The notes beneath the pieces were generated by a model that saw nothing but the letters and a program-made list of their open reading frames with translations, was not told the origin of the DNA and searched no databases. A stretch of 64,000 nucleotides of DNA from Takakia lepidozioides. Its lineage: Eukaryota > Plantae > Bryophyta. The translations under genes were made by a program, and so were the position numbers. This document shows, one piece after another, positions 1 to 12,290 of this stretch (position 1 is its first letter; the number at the start of each line of letters is the position of its first letter). The stretch lies in contig CM060732.1 of assembly GCA_030704615.1 (NCBI GenBank), positions 73,594,001-73,658,000 on the forward strand. The letters run 5' to 3'.

Positions 1-597
1 AAGGAGCACCGAGGAGCTCTTGGTTGTTAGGAGCGGAGGCATTGTGGGTTACGAAGTGGTAGACCTTAGCCTTCGTTATTTAGCTTCAGAGATGAAAGCA
101 CCATGCTACAGGTAATTCCAGAGCACCTTGATGGTTTCAGATTGTGTACATGCATAAACAAGCACGATTGGAAAGATGATCAGTCAAGAGCAGTTATAGT
201 GGCTCTGGCGGCGAGTCTGAGAACTGGCCTTAGGAATACGAGCTTCCATGGTGCGGAAGAATAAAAGATCAAGCGAGAGGGCTAGGGCAAATCAGTGCAC
301 TTGGTAGAGTATGTTGAGATTGGGTTTCAATCTCGAGCTTTAGCATTGAGAGGGCTCTTGCCATGGGCTGGAACATGAGCTAAGAGGTGCGGCAAGGCCA
401 TGGAATGTGCACCTAGGGTTTCAGAGCTTGAAAGAAGAGCTCTTGCACCACAAGAGGAGTGTCTTGTGGCTGGAAATGTAAGCCTTAGGATTTCAGGAGC
501 TTGGCAAAGACTATAGATTGCTTAGTCTCGTTTTAGAGAGCATCAAGGAGCCAAGGAGCCAAGATAGGGGGCTGATACCTCTTGTGTGAAGGGGTTG

Positions 598-1010
598 CAT
601 GTATGGAGCATGCATGCAGCCCATTGAAGCTTCCATCTTCAAGCTTGGAGGGCAAGCAAAGAAGAGGGAAGGGCTGATTTCTCTTATTGAGGGCAATGCA
701 TGTGTGGAGCATGCTTTCAGCTTGTTGAAGGCTTGTACTTTCATGTTTGGAGGTGCAAAAAAAGAAGAAAGGGGTTGGTTTTCCTGTAGGGCATGTGTGG
801 AACATACTTCCAGCCCGCTGAAGCTTGTATTTTCAGGTTGGTGGGTACAAGAAAGGAAACAAAGGGGCTGATTCTCTTGTGGTGAGAGTGGGGCATGTGT
901 GGAGCATACATTCGGTCCATTGGGCTTTTGTTTTCAAGCTTTAGAAAGCTAGAATGGAAGGGCTAGGGCTGGTTCCCACTTGGGTGAAAAACAAACACTT
1001 GTAGGGCATA
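598..1010. repeat. ~97-bp degenerate tandem repeat x4 (also at ~4660-5070)
   Basis: Units start gcatgt(a/g)tgga(g/a)cat at ~598, 697, 791 and 893. Confidence 0.7.
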
Positions 1011-1249
1011 TGTGAGTTGGGGTTTCAACCTCAAGCCTAGATAGAGCATGGCTCTTGAAGTGGCAGGTGTAGGGGGCTCGAATAGGCTCTAAGACACATG
1101 CTATGGCCAATGAGAGTGCTTGAAGGAGTGCTCACAAGGGCTGGAAACCATCAAGGCTTGGTTGTTTGCCATTGAGTTTAGTGGCGTGTTTGAGGAGTCT
1201 AAGTGAGAAAGAAGGCTTGGTTTGTGGCAACCATCTTCCTCATGGCTTA

Positions 1250-1880
1250 TGTCAAGGACGAAAACATGAGTGAACACAAACAAGAGGTAAAACTAGAGGT
1301 ACAATGCTAGACAAGAAGTCAAGGTCGGCGTGGCCGAATGCACGATGAGTAAATAAGAATCAAGACGATCTTTATAACAATGAACAAAAGTACAAGATAT
1401 TGGAACACGACTTGAATACTGGAATGCTGGAAACTGGACTGGAGTACCAGATACTGGAAACTGGGCTAGAGTACTGGGAACTGGAAACAAGAGTAGCTTG
1501 AACTGGTGTTGGCGAGACTAAAGAGTGTCCAGTCTCGCCTCCTATATATACTGGATACAAAGAAGCTTTCCCAAGAAGCTTCCCATATGGAGGTTTCTTG
1601 CTGGAGAAGTTTCCAAGATTAAACAAAGATTTCTTGATGAAGAAGTTTCCTAAACAAATGAGGTATTTTGATGGAGAAATTTCCTCCAAATGAAGCTTCC
1701 TGAGTAGTTTCCCAAGTTACTCTTGATAATTTGGTAAACTTCCGGTAACTTGGTAAATATTGGTAAATCATGATAGATCATGGTAAATCACGGTAAGTCA
1801 TGATAACTTCCGGTAACTTGGTAACTTGGTAACTTCTGGTATTTACTCCTGGTAAGTTCTTCTGGGCTATGTCCGTGACA
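1250..1880 (-). repeat. Complete 3' LTR (631 bp) of the deleted element
   Basis: TG...CA ends, adjacent PPT, TATATATA box at ~1542. Matches 2325-2793. Confidence 0.88.
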
Positions 1881-2324
1881 TCATCCCCTCCTCTAGCGTT
1901 GAGTTCCTCGAGGAGCGGTAAAATCTTGGACTTGCTTAGAGTTGGAAAAAATCCAAAATCCGACGAATGGTACTTGCCAAGTATTCGGCTCTTCGTTCTT
2001 GACTCAAATGATTTATAGGTCCCTGCAACCATCGATAGTGTCCAACACCTTGAACTTGGGACCATGCAGTGATTTGAGCATTTTGATTTTCGAAGCTGTC
2101 TTCAAACATGATTTCGTTGCCCTCTAGGTCCGAAGCCTCAACCTCCAACAGAATTATCAGACTTCGAGTAGGCTCCACTTGCCGTCATACGGGGTTCAGA
2201 CGAGGAAGTACGCGTCGATTGGTGGCCCATCGTCTCGAGAGCGTCGGCGTGATGTTGAAGGTCGTGAGAGTCGAAATGGCTGATCTGGTAGCTGGGTAAG
2301 CGACAACTCCAATGTATCTGGTTC

Positions 2325-2793
2325 CTTGAATACTGGAATGCTGGAAACTGGATTGGAGTACCAGATACTGGAACTGGGCTAGAGTACTGGGAACTGGAAA
2401 CAAGAGTAGCTTGAATTGGTGTTGGCGAGACTGAAGAGTGTTCAGTCTCGCCTCCTATATATACTGGATACTAAGAAGCTTCCCCAAGAAGCTTCCCATA
2501 TGGAGGTTTCTTGCTGGAGAAGTTTCCAAGATTAAACAAAGGTTTCTTGATGGAGAAGCTTCCTTAAACTAAAGAGGTATCTTGATGGAGAAGTTTCCTC
2601 CAAATGAAGCTTCCTGAGTAGTTCCCAAGTTACTCTTGGTAATTTGGTAAACTCCCGGTAACTTGGTAAGTAGTTGTAGATCATGGTAGATCATGATAAA
2701 TCACGATAAGTCATGGTAACTTCCGGTAACATGGTAACTTGATAACTTCTGGTATTTACTCCTGGTAAGTTCTTCTGGGCTATGTCCGTGACA
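2325..2793 (-). repeat. Truncated 5' LTR of the deleted element
   Basis: Highly similar to 1411-1880; the part matching 1250-1410 and the PBS is missing. Confidence 0.85.
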
Positions 2794-2969
2794 GCTTAGG
2801 GCTATTATTGGTGGTGTGTGGGAGCCGAAAGAGCAAGAATACCTTGTTGATTTCCTCGCAGCCGCCATAGCTTGATGCAAAGAAGCCTAGAGTCCAAGAG
2901 ACACAAACCCTAGCTTGGCGTGGCTAAACCCCTTGGAGAAATGGCTAAACTACCATGATCGGACATGGA

Positions 2970-3200
2970 TGGGGCTGTGACAGGCTGTGACCCTGTGACC
3001 TGTTTAGGGCTGTGACAAGATGTGACCTGTGGCCTGTGGGGCTGTGACGGGCTGCGACTTGTGGGGGGGTGACAGGCTGTGACGGTTGTGGCCTATGGGG
3101 CTGTGACATGTTGTGATGGGTTGTGGCCTGTGTGGGGCTGTGACGGCTTGACATGTGATCTGTGTGGGCCTGTGCTGACCCGTGGAGGCACTGGTGGACT
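2970..3200. repeat. GGCTGTGAC-type short-motif array
   Basis: Many ggctgtga(c)/cctgtg motifs. Confidence 0.75.
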
Positions 3201-3622
3201 GCCTGAGGACTAACATGTGGTCTTAAAGGCCAAATTTCGAAGCTCATGGGGTTTGAGGAGTATCTTCATGACATTCCCATGGTCATGCAAGTGAGAGAAG
3301 AGAGGAGAGGAAGAGTGTTGGGATGAGGGTATGCTGGGGTTAGGCATTGCTTTAGCTTCTCTTCCTCATAGTTTTCCACCCTCTCATTAGGCCAAGACTT
3401 TTCCGTAGGTGGAGGCAAGAGTCAGTCCGGGTTTGGGCTGGGGGTGTCCTTGCAGGAATGACACCGTGGAGTTGTTTTTGGTGTAGGGGAATTGTCATTC
3501 TGATTTCTTGTGTTTGAATCCCCTCCACACTTGCATGCTTGACTGTGTGCCATGTTAATTTTGTGTGGGCGCTTGTTTTTAATTTGATCACCGGCCAGTC
3601 CTAGAGCGTGCTGTTGATGGTG

Positions 3623-6431
3623 TCAAGTTATTTTACCACTAGTGTGAAACTAGCTAGGAAATAGCTAGCTTTTACATATTGACATTTGGGATTGGCCCAA
3701 GTGTCAATCCAGGGGTCAAGGCAGATTTAGGCCCTGGAGTGGTTATCTTCACGGCAAGCGCGGGAGGCTCATCTTTCTCGAGTTGAGCCTCACCGCGCCT
3801 AGCTATGGCGCCGTAGTGTGGATTCCCCATGGCGTGGGGTGCACTTGGCTTGACTTGTATTTGAGTGATGAGGTTATATATGCATGAGTTTATGCTTCAG
3901 CTTTGTGAGCTCGCATGAGCTTGTGCTTGTATTCTTCTTCTTTATCACTCGAGAAAGATGAGCTCGTATCTATGAGTGCTAGATACGAGTTAGTTGTAGC
4001 ACTTGTGGTTTTTGCTTGAGAATGAGAGAAACCAAGTTGTTATGCAAGGAGCACCGTGGAGCTCTTGGTTGTTAGAAGCGGAGGCGATGTGGGTTACGAG
4101 GTGGTAAACCTTGGCATTCGATCTTCAGCTTCAGAGATGAAAGCACCATACTGTAGGTAATTCCAGAGCACCTTGATGGTTTCAGATTGTGTACATGCAT
4201 GAGCAAGCACGATTGGGAAGAGGACCAGTCAAGAGCAGGTTATAGTGGCTTTGGTGGCAAAGCTGAGAACTGGACTTGGGAATGCGAGCTGTCATTGTGT
4301 GAAGGATTGCAAGACCAAGCGAAAGGGCTGATTTGGCTTGGGGCAAATCAGTGCACTTTGTGGAGTATGGTGAGATTGGGTTTTCAATCTCGAGCTTCAG
4401 CATTGAGAGGGCTCTTGTCATGGCAAGAGCAGGGCTGGAACAGGAGCTAAGAGGTGCGGCAAGGCCATGGAATGTGCACCTAGGGTTTCAGAGCTTGGAA
4501 GAAGAGCTCTTGCACCAAGAGAAGTGTCTTGTGGCTGGAAATGTAAGCCTTAGGGTTTCAGGAGCTTGGCAAGGCTGTGGAGTGCTTAGTCTTGTCTTAG
4601 AGAGCATCAAGGAGCCAAGGAGCCAAGATAGGGGGCTGATATCTCTTGTGTGAAGAGGTTGCATGTGTGGAGCATGTATTCAGCTCATTGAAGCTTCCAT
4701 CTTCAAGCTTGGAGGGCAAGCAAGGAAGAGGGAAGGGCTGACTTCCCTTATGTGAGGGCAATGTATGTGGAGCATGCTATCAGCCTGGTGAAGGCTTGCA
4801 CTTTTAGGTGTGGGAGTGCAAGAAAGGAAGGAAGGGGCTGGTTTCCCTGTAGGGCATGTAGAGCATGCTTTCAGCCTGCTGAAGCTTGTATTTCAGGTTT
4901 GTGGGTGCAAGAAATGAAGCAAAGGAGCTGATTCTCTTATGGTGAGAGTGGGGCATGTGTGGAGCATGCCTTCAGCCCATTGAGGCTCTTGTTTTCAAGC
5001 CTTAGAGAGCTAGAACGGAAGGTCTAGGGCTGGTTTCCACTTGGAGTGAAAGAAAAGAACAGCACTTGTAGGGCCTATGTGAGTTGGGGTTTCAACTTCA
5101 AGCTTGAGGGAGCGCAAACTCTTGAAGCAACAGGTGTAGAGGGCTGGAATAGGCTCTAAGACAGATGCTATGGCCAATGAGAGTGCTTGAATGAGTGCTC
5201 ACAAGGGCTGGGAACCAGCAGGGCTTGGTGTTTGCCATTGAGTTTAGTGGCGTTTGGGGAGGCTAAGTGAGAAAGAAGGCTTGGTTTGTGGCAACCACCT
5301 CATGGCTTAGGGCTACTATGGTGGTGTGTGGGAGCCGAAAGAGCAAGGATACCTTGCTGATTTCCTCACAGCCACCATAGCTCGGTGGAAAGAAGCCTAG
5401 AGTCCAAGAGACACAAACCCTAGCTTGGCGTGGCTAAACCCCCTAGCTACTCCCCCCAACACCAACCGCCTGTGAGGCTGTGACGGGCCAAGATAAGGCT
5501 GTGACCAGAACCCAACACGCTGGGCTGTGTTGGCCAAAAACCCTGAAGGCGGGGCTGTGACACCCGGGCTGTGACAAGGCTGTGTTGCCCTGTGACGGGC
5601 TGTGAGGGGCTGTGACAAGGGCTGTGAACCTGTGAGAGGCTGTGCTTGTGAGCTGTGAACAGCTGTGAGGGGCTGTGACGGCTGTGATACCCCCCCGGCT
5701 GTGAGGCGGGCTGTGACATGAGGCCTTTGGGCTGTGACGGGCGGGCTGTGACAAATGTCTGTTGGGGCTTTGAAAGGCTTCCAAACCCGGGCTGTGGGCG
5801 GCCCCGGCCCCCGGGCTGTGTGGCGGGCCTGTTGCCCCCCCGGGCTGTTGCCTGAAGACCCAGGCTGTGCCCAGTGGCCTGTGGGACTGTGACGGCTGTG
5901 ACCAGTGAGCTGTGTGGGCCTGTGCTGGTCTGTGGTGGCCCGTGTTGACCTGTGGACGGCCTGTGCTGACTCGTGGAGGCACTGGTGGACTGCCTAAGGA
6001 CTGGCATGTGGTCTGAAGGCCGAATTTTGAAGCTCGTGGAGGGCGGTTTGAGGAGTATCTTCATGATATTCCCATGGTCATGCAAGTGAGGGGAAGAGAG
6101 GAGAGGAAGAGTGTTGGGATGAGGGCATGCTGGGGTTAGGCATTGCTTTAGCTTCTCTTCTCGTAGTTTCCACCCTCTCATTAGGCCAAGACCTTTCCGT
6201 AGGTGGAGGAGGCAAGAGTCAGTCCGGGTTTGGGCTGGGGTGTCCTTGCAGGAGCAACACCGTGGAGTTGTTTTTTGTGTGGGGGAGTTGTCGTTGATTT
6301 CTTGTGTTGGATCCCCTCCATACCTGCATGCTTGACTGTGCGCCATGCTAGTTTTGTGTGGGCGCTTGTTTTTATAGGTGATTGGTCCGGATTTGATCAC
6401 CGGCCAGTCCTAGAGCATGCTGTCGATGGTG
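3623..6431. repeat. Copy B of the ~2.8-kb tandem non-coding unit
   Basis: Bounded by GATGGTG at 3616-3622 and 6425-6431. 4046-6431 is homologous to 1-3622. No recognisable protein domain. Confidence 0.8.
5470..5990. repeat. Expanded GGCTGTGAC short-motif array
   Basis: Dozens of ggctgtga/gggctgtg motifs; about twice the length of the array in copy A. Confidence 0.8.
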
Positions 6432-6638
6432 AGGCTGGGGTGATGACCAGCCAGACCATCATTGTTTCTCCTGTGGTGAGGTTGGAGGTGATGACCAGCC
6501 AACCATAGGAGTGCTTGCGGTGGATGCAGGTACAGGTGTAGGCTATGTTAGGAACTTAGTATTCCAAACCATAAGCCGCAACAGGTTCTCTACCCGGTTA
6601 CCTTGTGGAGAGGGGGTTAGGGACATGTTCATGACCGG

Positions 6639-8045
6639 TTGAGTGTCAACACGGAGGTGCCACTAGTTGCTGGGGACAGTGCCGGTTCGAGCACTAGCGA
6701 TACTAGTGGGTACACGAGACGAGGTGTGCGGTTTAGGCCACCTTCACCTCCTGTGTCTTCTACGGAAGGTTCTGATTCGGATTGTGAATCAGGAGGACTC
6801 ATACCGGCGGTGCAAGTTGTTTCTTTGCCATTGTTGTGGGACACAATGGAGGAGATGTATGGAGCTACCAAGGGGCCACGAAGGTACTCTGGGGCGGTGG
6901 GCACCATCGAGTTGGATGATTTTATCCAAGAGTTTGATAGTTGGTGTGATTTGCAGCAAATGCGCAATCCACAACTATTTACGCCTTTCATGGCATGGAA
7001 AGGGCTGTTTCAGCACCTTGAGGGCCGCCTATGGATGATTACCATGAGTTCAGGCGGGGGCATGAGGTTGAGATCGAGGAGTGGGAGGATGTACTGGTCA
7101 CCCGACTATGTCTCCATCACTAGGGGCACTAGAGCCACGAGGGCAGTGGCTACACCTGCCGCTGCACCGGCAGCTTCAGCAAGCAGCAGTGGGACTGGTG
7201 GTACAGTAGCTACGACGTCCACCCAAGCCACTACCGCACCAGCACTAGCACCCGTGCCTGCCTTCAACCCTGTTGTGGAGTTCTTCGAAGAGTTGAGAGG
7301 GAACTACCAAGGGGTGAGGACAGAGAAGTTGCGGAGCTTGCAAGAGTTCCAACGGAAGCCGACCGAGAGCTTGAGGGAGGCTTTCACTCGCATGAGGCGC
7401 TTGATAAATGTAACCCAAGGGGTTACGGAAGCTCAGGCAGTCCAATTCTGGTATGGGATATTGGACAAGGAGCTGAGGAGAAGGGTGCGGGATGCAACTC
7501 TCCTACAAGCGGCCCAACCCACCTTAGCAAATGTGTTTTTGCTGGCAGAGCGGATAGAGCTCAACATGGTGGAGGAACGAGTGGTCATGGTGGGATTTGC
7601 TAAGGAGACACCACGGGGTAGTGGTGCTCCTAGCCAACCACTACCTCAACGTGCTCAAGGCAACAAGGGGGCTCAGGTGAAGCTCAGGGAAGGGCAGAGA
7701 GGACCTCAGATGCAGGGGTCTCTCCCTTCATTTGCTGGCCAACAACGGGCGGATGTGGTGTGCTGGACATGTGGAGGACCCCATGTCAAGAAGGATTGCC
7801 CAGAGGGAGGCAAAGGGCCGGCACATGCACAGCCTGCACAGTTGCAGTGTGGGCATTGTGGCAAGCACGGGCATGGAGAGGCCCAGTGTTATGGTTTGCA
7901 TCCTGAGTTGCGCCCAGGCCAGTTCCAAGGGAACAATGGTGGCCGGGGGCGAGGTGGAGCAGCCCAGAGAGGACGAGGTGGCCAGCCACGAGGTGCAGGC
8001 CAAGGGCAAGCTCAACGTGGCCAAGGACGGAGGTCAGGGTGTTGA
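6639..8045 (+). CDS. Gag (capsid plus two zinc knuckles, RGG-rich), with small frameshifts
   Basis: Capsid-like LRSLQEFQRKPTESLREAFTRMRRL; knuckles CWTCGGPHVKKDC and CGHCGKHGHGEAQC; RGRGG repeats. First likely ATG at 6846. Confidence 0.85.
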   Translation: MSVNTEVPLVAGDSAGSSTSDTSGYTRRGVRFRPPSPPVSSTEGSDSDCESGGLIPAVQVVSLPLLWDTMEEMYGATKGPRRYSGAVGTIELDDFIQEFDSWCDLQQMRNPQLFTPFMAWKGLFQHLEGRLWMITMSSGGGMRLRSRSGRMYWSPDYVSITRGTRATRAVATPAAAPAASASSSGTGGTVATTSTQATTAPALAPVPAFNPVVEFFEELRGNYQGVRTEKLRSLQEFQRKPTESLREAFTRMRRLINVTQGVTEAQAVQFWYGILDKELRRRVRDATLLQAAQPTLANVFLLAERIELNMVEERVVMVGFAKETPRGSGAPSQPLPQRAQGNKGAQVKLREGQRGPQMQGSLPSFAGQQRADVVCWTCGGPHVKKDCPEGGKGPAHAQPAQLQCGHCGKHGHGEAQCYGLHPELRPGQFQGNNGGRGRGGAAQRGRGGQPRGAGQGQAQRGQGRRSGC

Positions 8046-8843
8046 CCAAGGCATGGCCAACCGGCTTCAGCAGCTAGAGCAGAGGCTCGCTGCCATGGCT
8101 ACAGCTCAGGTGGTACCGGCTCTAAGGCCGGATGGTCCACCTCCTGCTCCTGAGGGAGGAGATATGGGAGGCATGGGATTCATGTGTGGAGCAGCACTAC
8201 CACTAGTGCAGGTGGAGTCTGCTGCAGCCGTGACTCGAGGAGCAGCACGAGTTCCTGAGCCACGAGGTGCAGAGGTGGAGTTGGATCCACAGCGTGGGGA
8301 GGCAAGCCGTCAGGCTAGGCTTCCTCAGTCATTCACATTGGCGGAGACAGTGTCGACGCCATCCATGGCACCTAGTTCTCGCCCGACTGTTACCGAGGCG
8401 GCGGAGGTTACTATGCCATTGGGGAGAGCTACACGGGTAGCACCACTACCTAGTGTTGCCAAGGCTACGGCAGCTAGTGTGCTGCTAGGAGCGGCCACAT
8501 CTGTGTGCCAGGCTCCATTGTTCTCGGCTACCATGATTGCGACGCCGGGGGTAAGACCAGCTGAGGTGTTCAGGCTGGCAGCTACACTCTGTGAGAGTGG
8601 GGAGGTTACTTCATCTTCTGCGGAGATAGTGGGAGGTGTAGTGCCGGAGGGATCCTCGGATTTGAGGGTCAAGACTGCCACGGCGGCGCCATGGCAAGCT
8701 GCAGCTGCCAGGTTGATGGAGCTGCCAGCTAGGCCAGCCATTGAGCGCGCCATGGTGACACCTGGAGTTGTCATGTTAGACAACCAGGATGGCATTTTCT
8801 GTTTGAGTGGACCGGCAGGCAAGAGGTACCGGCCACTGCGGTC

Positions 8844-9200
8844 TTGTTGGACTCGGGAGCTCAGCCATTGATGCTGGGCAGAGCTGCTATTGCAGGCTTG
8901 GGCCTCACGGAGGCGGATATGGAGCCTTGTCCTTTCCAGATACAGACGTCTCTGGGAGGATCGGAGCAGGCTCGGGGCATGACACGGCGTGAGTTGGCTA
9001 TCAGACTACGGCCGGATCACCCTACAGATGGCTCAGTGATGCGAGCCAAGGCCATTGTGACAGACGCAGTCTCATACGATGTCCTGGTTGGTGGGGCAGT
9101 GTTGTACCCCATGGGCTTCACCCTGGATTTTTGGGAGGAGTCAGCTTCCTATAGGCCTGCATGGCAGTCAGGGGAGGGCCGGCGTGTGCAGCTCCTGTGA
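8844..9200 (+). CDS. Retropepsin-like aspartic protease
   Basis: LDSGA catalytic motif and downstream YDVLVGG. Confidence 0.88.
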   Translation: MLDSGAQPLMLGRAAIAGLGLTEADMEPCPFQIQTSLGGSEQARGMTRRELAIRLRPDHPTDGSVMRAKAIVTDAVSYDVLVGGAVLYPMGFTLDFWEESASYRPAWQSGEGRRVQLL

Positions 9201-9290
9201 CGTTCATAGGAGGAGTTGCGGTTGCCCAGCGAGGCAAGATGCCGACACTAGCAGCATTCACAGCGGCAGTGAGTTGGCCTAGAGAGTTGC

Positions 9291-10500
9291 TTGAGGGCAA
9301 TGCTCATTCAGAGGATACCACCTCCGGGAGAGCAGGATGACATGTATGGTATGGCGGAGTTGCCTACCATGGTTGCTCAGACTCCATTGTGGGGCACGAG
9401 CAAGGATTTGCAGCGGGATGCTGATCGACGGGTGCAACAAGCCTGGGTGGAGGCTTTTGTACCGTCAGGAGAGGAGGAGAGTGTGGGGATTGCACCAGGA
9501 CCACCTCAATTGTCTCCATTGGACACCACACCTATTGTGTGGCAGTATCCGGATGAAGGCATTTGTCTTCTGGACTTGTTTGGCGGGATCAGCACCGGAT
9601 TGGCTGCTGTGTTACAGGCAGGTGTACGAGTTCGGCGTTACCTGTATGTGGAGAGGGATGAGACTGCACGACGCGTTTCACTTCGCCATGTTGCTCAGTT
9701 GGTGCAGCGGTACCCTGAGTTGTTGTCGGTGTCTGCAATTCGTGGATATCAGCAGGCCTTGCCAGCAGACATTTCGTTGCTGGGGGCGCAGGATTTGGAG
9801 CGGGTTGGCTCCATTGATCTGGTAGTGGCAGGTTGGCCCTGCCAAGGGCATTCATCAGCCGGGCATGGCAATGGATTGCGAGACTCGAGGTCGGGTCTGT
9901 TTTGGGAGATGGTGCGGGTTTTGCGCCACTTGCAGCTTCATCAAGCTGTATCTCCAGCATACATCTTGGAGAATGTGCCACTGATGGGCGATTCTCGGGC
10001 CAGGGTGATGGCCAGTGTGCATCAAGTCCGGTCGTGGCTTGGGTCAGCAGTGTTGCTAGATGCAGCTACAGTGGGGTCACGGGCTCATCGTCCACGGCTA
10101 TGGTGGACTAACTTGATGCCACCCGCACTGCTCAAGCGTGCATTTGATGGGGGTGCAGCGGCCAGCACATCTCACAGTGGATAACATTCTGGACACAGGG
10201 AGGCAGTCTCAGCGTGTGAGACACGATGACCGTTCGCCTTTGGCAGTGGTCAACAAGGTGGGTCAACCACGAGCAGCATTACCTACACTGCTCAGCTTCC
10301 CAGGATCGCATGCTTTCCGGGATAGTGGACCTGGCCTCCTGTGGGATGCTCAGTTGCAGCAGTTAGTGGAGCCTAATGCTGACGAGCGTGAGGGCAATGG
10401 GTTTTACCACTGGTACCACGGCGGTGTCGTCTCTTTCTGAGGCATCACGTCGTCAAGTGTTGGGGCAAGCAATGGATCTCAATTGCTTGACTGGATTATC
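9291..10500 (+). CDS. C5-cytosine DNA methyltransferase domain (DNMT3-like) embedded in the Gypsy polyprotein; frameshifts near 10150 and 10390
   Basis: Motif I LDLFGGIST, II YVERD, IV IDLVVAGWPCQGHS, V SGLFWEMVRVL, VI YILENV, VIII AHRPRLWWTNL, IX ERAMGF..GTT, X RRQVLGQAMD, all in canonical order. Confidence 0.93.
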
Positions 10501-10963
10501 AGCTTGGCTCTGGCTGAGCAACGCAGAGTGCGGAATACACTTCCCTCAATGGTCTCTCTGCCTACCGAGACGGTACAGCAGTGAGTGGGGGCGAGCATGT
10601 GAGGACCACGGGGTGCATGCATCCATGGCACACGTGGGAGGTGCTCGAGGTTCAGAGGGAGTTGGCAGCCAAGGCGGCTGTGATGGATGAGGTTGGGGAT
10701 TCTTCTCGGTTGAGGAGGTCCTCAAGGATGAGATGATGGGGCAGGATGAGGCCTTGTCATTGACTGAGCAGGTAGGGAGTACTGCTCAAGAGGTTGCAAC
10801 ATAGCAACCACGGGACGCGTCCTCTACCTCTAAGCCCACTGGACTTAAGGTTGTAGTTACGGAGGACAATTGGGAGCCTGACATTGGACCCATTGTCACC
10901 GGAGGAGAGAGACGACGTATACGGCGGTTCCTGAGGGCTTACAGGAATTGCTTTGCCTTCAGT

Positions 10964-11904
10964 TTGAAGGACTTGGGAGCACTGAAGGGTCAAGAGATCC
11001 GTATTGAGTTGGCCACTGACACGCCAATCTTTCGGAGACCCTATAGATACAGTGACATGGAGAGGTCTTTGATTCAGATGAGGACTCAAGATCTCTGGGA
11101 GGCAGGTTTGGTGGAGCTCTCTGGTGGGAGAGTATGCTTCAGCCACAGTGATGCCAGCCAAGAAGGATGTCTATGGCAATTGGACGGAGAGACGTATGTG
11201 CGGTGATTACCGGCTGTAAATCGTCAGACCAAGTCCGATAAGTATGCCATGCCAAACACCAGAGGAGATCTTTGATGCCATCGGGCATGCTAAGGCCTTT
11301 AGCACTTTGGATTTACGATCCGGATATCACCAGTTGCCAATCAAGGAGGCGGACAAGCAGAAGACGGCATTCTGGGGGATCAATGAGCACGGCAAGGATT
11401 GCCTATATCAGTGGCGGTTCTTACCATTTGGGCTTAAGAATGCTCCTGCAGAGTTTCAGAGAGTCATGGATAGGATTCTAGCAGGGGTGGACTTTGCTCG
11501 GTGCTACATAGATGACATCATCATCTTTAGTGTTACGATATGAGCATGAGAGACACCTTCAGGTGGTATGGAGCGCTTGAGAGCGCACGGATTGAAGTTG
11601 CATCCGGGGAAGTGCAAGTTTTTCCACAACCAGATTGAGTATCTGGGTCACATGATATATCCTGGAGGATTGGGGGTACAGCAGACTAAGGTAGAGGCCA
11701 TTGCACAAATTCCACGCCCCACGGATGTGAGCCGAGTTCGAGCTTTCATGGGGTTGGCAAACTATTATAGACGGTTTGTCAAGGGATTTAGTACCATTGC
11801 AAAGGCTCTAACCAAGCTGACCAAGGTGGACCAGGAGTGGCAGTGGGAAGATGAGCAGGAACGAGCTTTTCAAGAGCTCAAGGCGAGGTTGACCTCGGCG
11901 CCTA
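10964..11904 (+). CDS. Reverse transcriptase (frameshifted)
   Basis: PIFRRPYRYS, FSTLDLRSGYHQ, KTAF, LPFGLKNAPAEFQR, YIDD, KCKF, YLGH, FMGLANYYRRFV. Confidence 0.95.
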
Positions 11905-12290
11905 TTGAGACGACCTATCAGGGGGCGTCCCTTTCAGCTGCATACGGATTGGAGCATGGGGCTTGGAGCGGTGCTCACACAGGTGGATGATGAGGGAAGA
12001 GAGTTCGTAGTGGCTTACGCTAGCCGCTCGAACAACGCTGCAGAGGCTAAGTACAGCTCATATGAGGGAGAGTGCTTAGCTGCAGTGTGGGCCGTGGCAC
12101 ACTTCAGGTGCTATCTATACGGCAATCTTTTCACCCTTGTCACGGATCACCAGCCACTCAAGTGGTTGATGGAGTCAGACAAGCTTACGGGGAAGCTTGC
12201 ACGGTGGGCACTTATACTCCAGGAGTATGACTTTCAGGTTGTGCATCGACCGGGTTTGGTCAATCGGGATGCGGATGGATTGAGTCGCAA
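11905..12290 (+). CDS. Ty3/Gypsy RNase H
   Basis: LHTDWS..GLGAVLTQ, VAYASR, YSSYEGECLAAVWAV, TDHQPL, LARWALILQEYDF, DADGLSR. Confidence 0.93.

Larger units (their letters stand above)
1250..2793 (-). mobile_element. Internally deleted (non-autonomous) LTR retrotransposon
   Basis: TGTCAAGGAC...GTCCGTGACA termini. 5-bp TSD GCTTA at 1245-1249 and 2794-2798. Empty site (catggcttagggcta) present in repeat copy B at ~5301. Minus-strand PPT agaggaggggatga at ~1881-1894. Confidence 0.9.
1..3622. repeat. Copy A (5'-truncated by window edge) of a ~2.8-kb tandem non-coding repeat unit, interrupted by an LTR element
   Basis: Position 1 (aaggagcaccgaggagctcttggttgttag) aligns with 4046 onward. Collinear with 4046-6431 once 1250-2793 is removed. 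Both copies end in cctagagc(g/a)tgctgt(t/c)GATGGTG. Confidence 0.85.

Noticed and set aside
1881-2324. Chromodomain or integrase tail in the deleted LTR element
   Set aside because: None of the listed ORFs shows recognisable chromodomain or integrase motifs.
5397-6400. Long minus-strand ORFs (317 and 179 aa) and similar ORFs at 2945-3247
   Set aside because: They are translations of the GGCTGTGAC repeat array with no domain, and are not conserved in frame between the two repeat copies.
3623-6431. Helitron or hammerhead retrozyme call for the 2.8-kb unit
   Set aside because: It starts with TC but has no terminal CTRR with a subterminal hairpin at the junction, and I did not see a CTGANGA...GAAA ribozyme core.
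9291-10500. Bacterial contamination or a restriction-modification system
   Set aside because: The C5-MTase is inside a Gypsy polyprotein and the amino-MTase gene has spliceosomal introns; both are contiguous with plant genes, and no restriction enzyme is seen.
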